Below, in pieces: positions 56,701-64,000 of a stretch of 64,000 nt of DNA. A program made the translations under genes and the position numbers. How positions within the stretch are numbered: the first letter of the stretch is position 1; each line of letters starts with the position of its first letter. Origin of the DNA: Macrostomum lignano (lineage: Eukaryota); contig NIVC01000347.1 of the NCBI GenBank assembly GCA_002269645.1, forward strand, positions 248,001 to 312,000, written 5' to 3'. The notes under the pieces were generated by a model. The model was not told the origin of the DNA and did not search any database. It was given only the letters and a program-made list of their open reading frames with translations.

Positions 56701-57355
56701 CAACGATTAGGGAGTGTGACCCAATGATTAGGGATGTGACCCAATAATGGGGAGGGGGGAGTGACCCAATAACCTCACTAACCTTTGACAACAACTCTAA
56801 CGGAGGCCACAATGCTGCCAAGCACATTTGTGGCAGTGCAGCTGTAGAGACCGGAGTCTGCAACCGCTAGTCGCGGCAGAACAAGCACAGTTTGAGCCGA
56901 TTCTGTCCGACTTTTGTCCGGTAGCGGGCGGCGAGCCTCGGTAGCCGGATCTTGAAGTTGCCAGGTCACTCGGGGTCGGGGGACCGAGTCTGCAAGAGAT
57001 GGCAGCAAGTGCTCTTGTCGAACAGGTGATTTTTCATGTCTAAGAGGTGACACTGCTGTCTAACACACAGGTGATACTGCTGTCTAACACACAGGTGATA
57101 CTGCTGTCTAACACACAGGTGACACTGCTGTCTAACACTCTAAAGGAGCAATAAATCAATCAAGCCAATCAACAGGAACTCACGTCCCAGCTGACACGTA
57201 AGTCGTGCTGTATCCCCAACATCGTAGGTTGCCGCGGGCACCCGGCTTAACCGATGCGTCATGGGCGATGGCAATGCAGCAGATGACGCCACTATGAGCA
57301 CGGTCATAGCCGACAGTATGAGCGGACAGACAAGCCAAATTATTGATAAATGCAT
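47701..57355 (-). CDS. Secreted perlecan C-terminus-like protein (SP-Ig-Ig-LamG-EGF-EGF-LamG-EGF-EGF-LamG), 984 aa; exons 57355-57184, 56989-56783, 56464-56317, 55291-55162, 52959-52803, 50607-49993, 49909-49778, 49367-49153, 48992-48422, 48308-47701
   Basis: Hydrophobic leader [26 protein letters not shown]. Ig motifs [22 protein letters not shown] and DSGAYLC. LamG motifs GLILYSG...[21 protein letters not shown] and [11 protein letters not shown]. Four six-Cys EGF repeats. All ten exons join in phase (2955 nt). Confidence 0.88.
49405..49665. repeat. (GCGGAT)n hexanucleotide microsatellite, intronic
   Basis: Visible array. Confidence 0.95.
50645..51047. repeat. 15 bp satellite GGGGATCTGTCAGTA, intronic
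   Basis: Visible array ending CTGTCAGAAAT like the other copies. Confidence 0.95.
52140..52782. repeat. 20 bp minisatellite (GCTTAAATGGTCACTGTGAT), intronic
   Basis: Visible array abutting the exon 5 donor. Confidence 0.95.
53000..53700. repeat. 17 bp minisatellite (TGAGGCTACTGGATTAG), intronic
   Basis: Visible array abutting the exon 5 acceptor. Confidence 0.95.
54580..55100. repeat. Degenerate ATTTCTAAGAAATC...CTATT repeat, intronic
   Basis: Recurring motif related to 14165-15000. Confidence 0.65.
55320..56240. repeat. 15 bp minisatellite (GAGATGTCAGGTTGA) with internal higher-order blocks, intronic
   Basis: Visible array; the interruption ATAAGGAAGACGATGTCAGTGAGACAGATGTCAGATTG recurs three times. 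Confidence 0.95.
56485..56770. repeat. About 23 bp minisatellite (GTGACCCAATATGATGGGAGAGA) filling an entire intron
   Basis: Visible array. Confidence 0.9.
57050..57140. repeat. 24 bp tandem repeat x about 4 (CTGCTGTCTAACACACAGGTGATA)
   Basis: Visible array in intron 1. Confidence 0.9.
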
Positions 57356-58184
57356 TTCGCGGATTATTTTTCACAAAACAGTCACTCGCTTCTCTTTTGC
57401 TAGAATCCTTCTTTGGGTGGATCTTTTATAAATGAATATTTTGCCAGATGCTGGTTGGCTGAAATTTCCCTCTAATCCTGGGGCTGTTGCCAAGGCTTAT
57501 AAACACGGCTTCAGAGGTAGAGCGAGGGGTGAGAGAGTTTTCTCAGATTCAGACTTCGCCGCGGGGGGTTGGTGGGTTGGGCGGGTCAGAGAGTCAGGGG
57601 GAGGGACGACATTTTGTTGGGTCCCAGCAGGGTGTTGTGGCGGACACGTGTGACGAAAATTTACTTCTTCTAGCGGTCCATCAGCTACCTCGCTGCAACG
57701 GTGAGGGGACTAAAATCCTCTATATAAGAATTCTTTATATGCCAGAAGCCCCACGGGTTAGGAAGTCAGTTGGCTTTGAAATCAAGGAACACCCGCGCGT
57801 CCGGTACAAGAGAAAAGAGAAAACTTCGGTAACACGTTTTTCTTTCAGTTAAAATGAAAGAGAGAGAAAGAGAACAAGCCATGTTTCTGGGAAACTCTAC
57901 AAGGGGAAAATTGAGGCCCGTGTTCGTGGGAAAAATCGTCTTTTTCTGGAAGCAGATTTGAAGTCCAGATGGGGAACCCCGCTGGTGCTGTGTATGCAAA
58001 ACAGCTGCTGTTTTTTGGAGGCCACCCTAACGGACTTCGCTCAAAGAAAATTTCCAGGAAAAGTTTTCAGGCGGTCCGCTTGATACTGAAGTCCTGAAGT
58101 GAATATTATAGGCATGATGGTGATAGGATGGATTACTCTGGTCCTGAAGCTGCTGCTGAAGCTGCTGATGTCTCTCATGAAGAG

Positions 58185-59750
58185 TCTATCCTGGAGTGTC
58201 TGTACTGAAGTGTCTGTCCTGAAGTATCTGTCCTGAAGTATCTGTCCTGAAGTGTCCGTCCTGCAGTATCTGTCCTGCAGTATCTGTCCAGAAGTATCTG
58301 TCCTGCAGTGTCTGTAATGAAGTGCGTGTCCTGAAGTATCTGTCCTGCAGTGTCTGTAATGAAGTGCGTGTCCTGAAGTATCTGTCCTGAACTGTCTGTT
58401 CTGAAGTTTCTGTCCTGAAGTATCTGTCCTGAACTGTCTGTCCTGAAGTATCTGTCCTGAACTGTCTGTCCTGAAGTTTCTGTCCTAAAGTATCTGTCCT
58501 GAACTGTCTGTAATGAAGTGCGTGTCCTGAAGTTTCTGCCCTGAAGTGTCTGTCCTGAAGTGTCTGTACTGAAGTGTCTGTCCTGAATTGTCTGTAATAA
58601 AGTGTCTGTCCTGAAGAGTCTGTCCTGAAGTGTCTGTCCTGAATTGTCTGTAATAAAGTGTCTGTCCTGAAGTGTATGTCCTGAAGTGTCTGTCCTGAAT
58701 TGTCTGTAATAAAGTCTCTGTCCTGAAGTGTCTGTCCTGAAGTGTCTGTCCTGAAGTGTCTGTCCTGAAGTATCTGTCCTGAAGTATCTGTCCTGAAGTA
58801 TCTGTCCTGGAGTGTCTGTCCTGAAGTATCTGTCCTGGAGTGTCTGTCCTGAAGTATCTGTCCTGAATTGTCTGTAATGAAGTGCGTGTCCTGAAGTTTC
58901 TGCCCTGAAGTGTCTGCCCTGAAGTGTATGTCCTGAATTGTCTGTAATAAAGTCTCTGTCCTGAAGTGTCTGTCCTGAAGTGTCTGTCCTGAATTGTCTG
59001 TAATAAAGTCTCTGTCCTGAAGTGTATGTCCTGAAGTGTCTGTCCTGAATTGTCTGTAATAAAGTCTCTGTCCTGAAGTGTCTGTCCTGAAGTGTCTGTC
59101 CTGAATTGTCTGTAATAAAGTGTCTGTCCTGAAGTGTATGTCCTGAAGTGTCTGTCCTGAAGTATCTGTCCTGAAGTGTCTGTCCTGAAGTATCTGTCCT
59201 GAAGTGTCTGTCCTGAAATGTCTGTCCTGAATTTTTTGTCCTGAAGTATCTGTCCTGAATTGCATTCCAGAAGTGTCTGTCCTGAAGTGTCTGTCCTGAA
59301 GTTTCTTCCCTGAAGTGTCTGTCCTGAAGTGTCTGTCCTGAAGTATCTGTCCTGAAGTATCTGTCCTGAAGTGTCTGTCCTGAAGTTTCTGCCCTGAAGT
59401 GTCTGTCCTGAAGTATCTGTCCTCAAGTGTCTGTCCTGAAGTGTCTGTCCTGAAGTTTTTGTCCTGAAGTATCTGTCCTGAATTGCCTGTCCAGAAGTGT
59501 CTGTCCTGAAGTGTCTGTCCTGAAGTATCTGTCCTGAAGTGTCTGTCCTGAATTGTCTGTAATGAAGTGCGTGTCTTGAAGTTTCTGCCCTGAAGTGTCT
59601 GTCCTGAAGTGTCTGTAATAAAGTGTCTGTCCTGAAGTGTCTGTCCTGAATTGTCTGTCCTGAAGTATCTGTACTGAAGTGTCTGTAATGAAGTGCGTGT
59701 CCTGAAGTTTCTGTCCTGAAGTGTCTGTCCTGAAGTGTCTGTTCTGAAAA
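58185..59750. repeat. 14 bp satellite (CTGTCCTGAAGTGT)
   Basis: Visible array producing the spurious FRTDTSGQ ORFs. Confidence 0.95.
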
Positions 59751-60094
59751 AGGTATAATTACACTTAAATGTAACCGAAAAATGTTTTTAATGCATACTA
59801 AATAAATTTTACTAAGACTGATTTGAGGAGCTCGTACTACTTAATATTCTTCAGTAGTAAAGCCAGTTTTTGCATTTGAATATCCATTTTCTGTTATTGT
59901 TACGCTCGTATACTCGTAAACAGGGCTTTGAAAGTCTTTGCTTGAACTTCATTTGAAATTTGAGGATTTTTGAAACCTCGTGTCTCAAATCTCATGCAAC
60001 TCCTAAAATTAAAGAAATTTAAAATTGGAGTAGAAGTTTTAACTAGCGTCAAATGACCCGATTTAAACGGCGATTACAATTAGTAATAAATTCG

Positions 60095-63000
60095 TGTATT
60101 ACCTCGATTTGGAGATTAATTCTATACATGAGACAGCTACCGTATGTGAGTCAGGGTCGCATGTGTACTTTACTTATGTACATCGGGCCACGCCCAATCA
60201 ATATGAATCGGAGGGGTGCTGCACCCCAAATATATATTCACTGGTTGCGGGCTCTTGTGAGAGTCGTATTATTTTCCACCTCGCGCTAACCGTCCGAGTT
60301 TACTCACTACAATGGCGTCGCAAGCCGCGAACTGATAAGCAGCCATGACACAGCAAATTTCACTAGCGCCACCCGGCCCGTTTGCAACAGACGGCGACAC
60401 TCACACAGCGGCTTGGGCTCGCAGGTTTGAGACCTACATCGCAGCGGCCGGAATCTCTGACTGACGAGAAAAGGGCGCAGCAGCTGCTTCTTTATGCGGC
60501 CGGAGAAGAACTGCAGAATGTAGTTGAAGAGAACCAGATCGCGGCAGGTGAGGGTTACAAGGATCTCGTGAAGGACAACACTGGGACGGAAAGAACAAAT
60601 TGTCTTCCTCCGCTTCAAATTTGAGACCTGTCGACAGCAGGCAGAAGAGTCAGTGGACCAGTGGCACCAGCGGCTGCGCAAGGCAGCCGACGCCTGCAAC
60701 TTTTGACAGCTGCGAGACTCTCTCATTCGCGACAAGATAGTCGCCTACTGTTCATCTGAGAGGCTGCAACGAGACCTGCTGCAAACTAAGTACATCTTGC
60801 TTGACGAAGTCCTAAAAAGGGCGAGAGCAAAGGAAGCAGCAGAGTGCTATGGAAGCGGAGGCGCTGAAAGAATCGCAGCACCAACACCTGGCGGCAATCC
60901 GCAGGCAAAACATGGGAAAAAACAGGCCTGATAGATCAAGCTGCAACCGGTGCGGCAGGTCTGGGCACGCCAACTGCGAAGCAGCCCGTGGCAAGACTTG
61001 TAGACGCTGTGGTAAGCCCGGACACTTCGCACGAGCTTGTCGGTCTCAGCGTGAGCCATCGAACTCAGCGGCGGTAGCTCTTCTCGAGAACAGTGGCGAG
61101 TCAGACTGCCGCCAGCCTAACGACTCCCAGGACCGCGAAATCTTCGAGCTGGGTCGGCCCGTGCAGTCGGCTAGCGTGGAGGCGGAGATCAACGGCACCA
61201 AAACTAGCGTGCTCATCGACAGCGGCGCCTCACGCAACGTCATGAACGAGAAAACGCTCGAAAGTCTGCGAGACCGACCGGAGCTGCGGCCCTCAACGGA
61301 AAAGCTGTTCGCGTATGGAAGCGACCGACCGATGAAGCTGCTGGGCAAGGTTGAAATCAGCGTCAGAGATTTTTGGGGCAGCAATCAATCGCTGTTTTCC
61401 ATGTAGTAGAAGACCGCAGTGTCGCCATCATCGGCAGGCAGACGTGAACGCAGATGCAGATTCTTTGAGTTGGACCGCCATCGACACTGCATCAACCGGT
61501 GCTGCAGATTTCAGCGGCAACAAAGACAATCGAGCAGCTCCTGGTGGGTATGCGAGTCAGCGGTGCAACTGAGTCCGATACGAGTACCGCGACCATCAGC
61601 AGAATTCCGCATCGACGTGCGGCAGTGCTCGAGGGAGTCGGCTGCTACACCGGCGCACCAGCTACCGTCCACATGGCTCACGGAGCCCGTCCAGTCTGTC
61701 ACGCGCCATCGAAGGTGCCAATTCACTTTGCAGACGCTGTTGACAAGGAGCTGCAGGCGCTGGAAGAGCTAGGCATCATCGAACCGGTAGAAGGTCCAGC
61801 CCCGTGGGTAGCCCGCATGGTCATCGTGCCAAAGAAAGAGCCAGGAGAAGTTCGCATCACCCAAGACCTTCGGGACGTCAACCGCTACGTAATCCGAGAG
61901 CGACATCAGATCCCAACGTTTGAGGAGGTTACGGGAGACATGTCCGGTAGTAAGTTCTTCTCAGAGGTTGACGTTGCCAAAGCCTTTTATCAGGTTCCAG
62001 TTGCCGAGAACTGCCGCAATCTACTAACGTCTCGACGCCGCGTGGACTCCGTCGGCTCACCCGGCCATCCATGGGACTGTCATGAGTCGGGTCCTAGCCG
62101 GTCTGCCCAACAGAAAACGGTATTTCCCTGAATCCACAAAAATGTAAGTTAGCTCACTGCAGCATCGAATTTATGGGCATGCGGCTGAAAGCAGAAGGTG
62201 TCCAAGCAACTGAGAGCAAGATTGCGGCGGTCCAGAGCTTCAAGGAGCCCGAGACAATCGGTCAGTTGCGCTCGTTCTTGGGCCTGGTCAATTTCCTGGC
62301 CGTGTTCACACGCCAGCTACCAAAGGAAGCCGAGCCGCTGAGGCGCCTGACGAGAAAAGGAGTTGAATGGGACTGGAGTGCAGAGCAAGCAGGCGCGTTC
62401 AAACGATTGAAGAGCAGCATTGCGACCCCAGCGGTCCTCGCCTTCTTCGACAGACGACTTCGCACGAGGCTAATCGTCGACGCCGGACCCATCGGGCTAG
62501 GCGCCATCCTGGCGCAGGTGCAGAACGACGGAAGCCTGCGGCCCGTGGCGTATGCAAGCCGAACCCTCTCGAATGTCGAGCGGCGATATTCCCAGACTGA
62601 GAAAGAAGCACTGGCTGTAAAGTTCGGCTGCCTAAAATTTGAACACTATCTTGTCGGAGCACCCGACCACAAGCCGTTAACCTCAATGCTCGCGATGGGA
62701 TCTAGACCGCCACCCCGAATCGAGAGAATGGCGTTGCGAATTCAGCACCTGACGTTCCGCATCGAGTACCAGCCGGGCGCCTCAAATGCAGCCGAGGTGC
62801 TGCTCAGCAGGAAGCCGTTACCAACTCTAGGCAAGAACATTGGCGAGGAGTTAGACGAGGCTTGCATCAACGCCGTGCTGTTGGCGGCCGTGCCGAACGC
62901 GCTGTTGCTAGAGGACATTCGATCATACTCGAAGGACAATCTTGTCATCCACGCGGCGATAGCAGCGATGCAAGGCGGCCGGTGGGACACCTCCAGTTCC

Positions 63001-64000
63001 GAGATGAGGGCACTGCAAGCGTTGCGAGAGGAGTTGTCAGCATCAGATGGCATTCTACTACGGCAGAGACGGATCGTCGTCCCAGAGGTTTTGCAACAGC
63101 GCATGCTCGAGCTGGCGCACAGGGGACACCAATGCGCGAGAAAGACACTCGACCGGCTCAGCACTAAGGTTTGGTGGCCCAGGATGGCATCTCTTTACTT
63201 TTTTTATTAGAGGCAGGGGGGTTGTGTGCACCCTGGTACACTTTAAGCGACATAGGCACACAACCGGCGAGAGGCAGTACTGCCCATTCCGCCGACTCCC
63301 CTGAGCAGGCACACAAGCGCGCGGATACGTACGTAGGCACACACTCACACAGGAGTGTACAGCGGCCCTAACTTTATTTTATCGTTAGGCATGTACACTT
63401 CACTGCGCCTTGGGGGGGGGGGTTGGCCTTCAAGGCCGTTAATTGCACGAGCAGAGCCAAGCCGAGATTCCAATTCAGCCCCAAATTAATGGGACTGCAC
63501 TTGGAATCGAGCCTGGGTCGCTGGCACACCAGAGCCTGCGCTAGACCGCTGGGCTACGGCCCCCAGGGTGGCATCTCAGGCGGAAGAGTTTGTCAGGCGC
63601 TGCTAGGCTCTATTCGAGCTACGCCACTGCAGCCCACGCCCATCCCAGAGGGCGCCTGGCTTTCAATCACAGAACTCCAATATGCAACACTATGCTGCTG
63701 GTCTGCATAGATCGGTACTCCAGATTTCCAGAGGTGCAGTGCATGCAGACGACAACAGCGGAGGCGCTGATTCCTCGAATGCGCTCAATGTTTGCGCGAT
63801 TTGGCATTCCACAAGAACTGGTAACCGACGACGGTCCGCCCTTCTCGTCAGCGGAGTTCGGGCGCTTCCTGGCCAGCTACGGCGTCAAGCTTATCATCCC
63901 GCTCTATCCAGCGGCCAACGGCATGATGGAGAGACTCAACCGATCAATCAACAAGGTCGTGCGAGTGGCAATCGATGAGAACAAGGACTGGAGAGCGGCG
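60095..64000 (+). mobile_element. Ty3/Gypsy LTR retrotransposon, decayed, continuing beyond the window; putative 5' LTR 60095-60311
   Basis: Gag (WARRFETYIAAAGI, CCHC knuckle CRRCGKPGHFARAC), protease (LIDSGAS), RT (VPKKEPGEVRITQDLRDVN), RNase H (IVDAGPIGLGAIL, RRYSQTEKEALA) and integrase (HRGH..WWPRM..C, FARFGIP..LVTDDG, NGMMER), with many frameshifts. The TGTA...TACA + TGGCG primer site is unconfirmed because the 3' LTR is outside the window. Confidence 0.92.
63194..63564 (-). mobile_element. Full-length tRNA-headed SINE (371 bp) inserted in the Gypsy integrase
   Basis: Head GGGGGCCGTAGCCCAGCGGTCTAGCGC...GGCTCGATTCC, A-rich tail and 13 bp TSD AGGATGGCATCTC/AGGGTGGCATCTC. Removing it restores WWPRMASQAEEFVRRC. 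Confidence 0.88.

Noticed and set aside
55132-59426. DVRLR, QPDIS and FRTDTSGQ ORFs
   Set aside because: They are translations of 14-15 bp satellites.
63490-63564. tRNA gene (also 18385-18460)
   Set aside because: A/B boxes are present, but there is no proper acceptor stem or anticodon arm, and each continues into a SINE body.

Overview
Eukaryotic (animal) genomic DNA with GT-AG introns, GC/Ala-rich exons and minisatellite-filled introns. The style resembles a free-living flatworm such as Macrostomum, but that is an unverified inference. No prokaryotic features or CRISPR were found. I assembled the genes by hand, with consistent splice phases: (1) the 3' end of a BSD-domain gene (BSDC1-like, +); (2) an intronless OGFr-domain gene (+); (3) a six-exon CLIP-170/CLIP-190-like gene (-, 803 aa); (4,5) two tandem paralogs, each with about 9-10 ankyrin repeats spliced onto a Mab-21/cGAS-like nucleotidyltransferase (ANK-cGLR, -, about 1000 aa), where copy B carries a 1-bp frameshift; (6) a ten-exon secreted protein, SP-Ig-Ig-LamG-EGF-EGF-LamG-EGF-EGF-LamG (a stand-alone perlecan C-terminus, -, 984 aa). 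Mobile DNA comprises a mariner, an internally deleted Harbinger, several MITEs, a LINE 3' end, a solo LTR, a tRNA-headed SINE family and a decayed Gypsy element that runs off the right end. The strongest candidate for a novel system is the ANK-cGLR pair. Its ankyrin arrays vary at DARPin-like binding positions and in repeat number, only one copy has a putative lipidation leader, and the enzyme exons are well conserved. Other notable features are a 2.3 kb CpG desert and a conserved hairpin core shared by four SINE copies.
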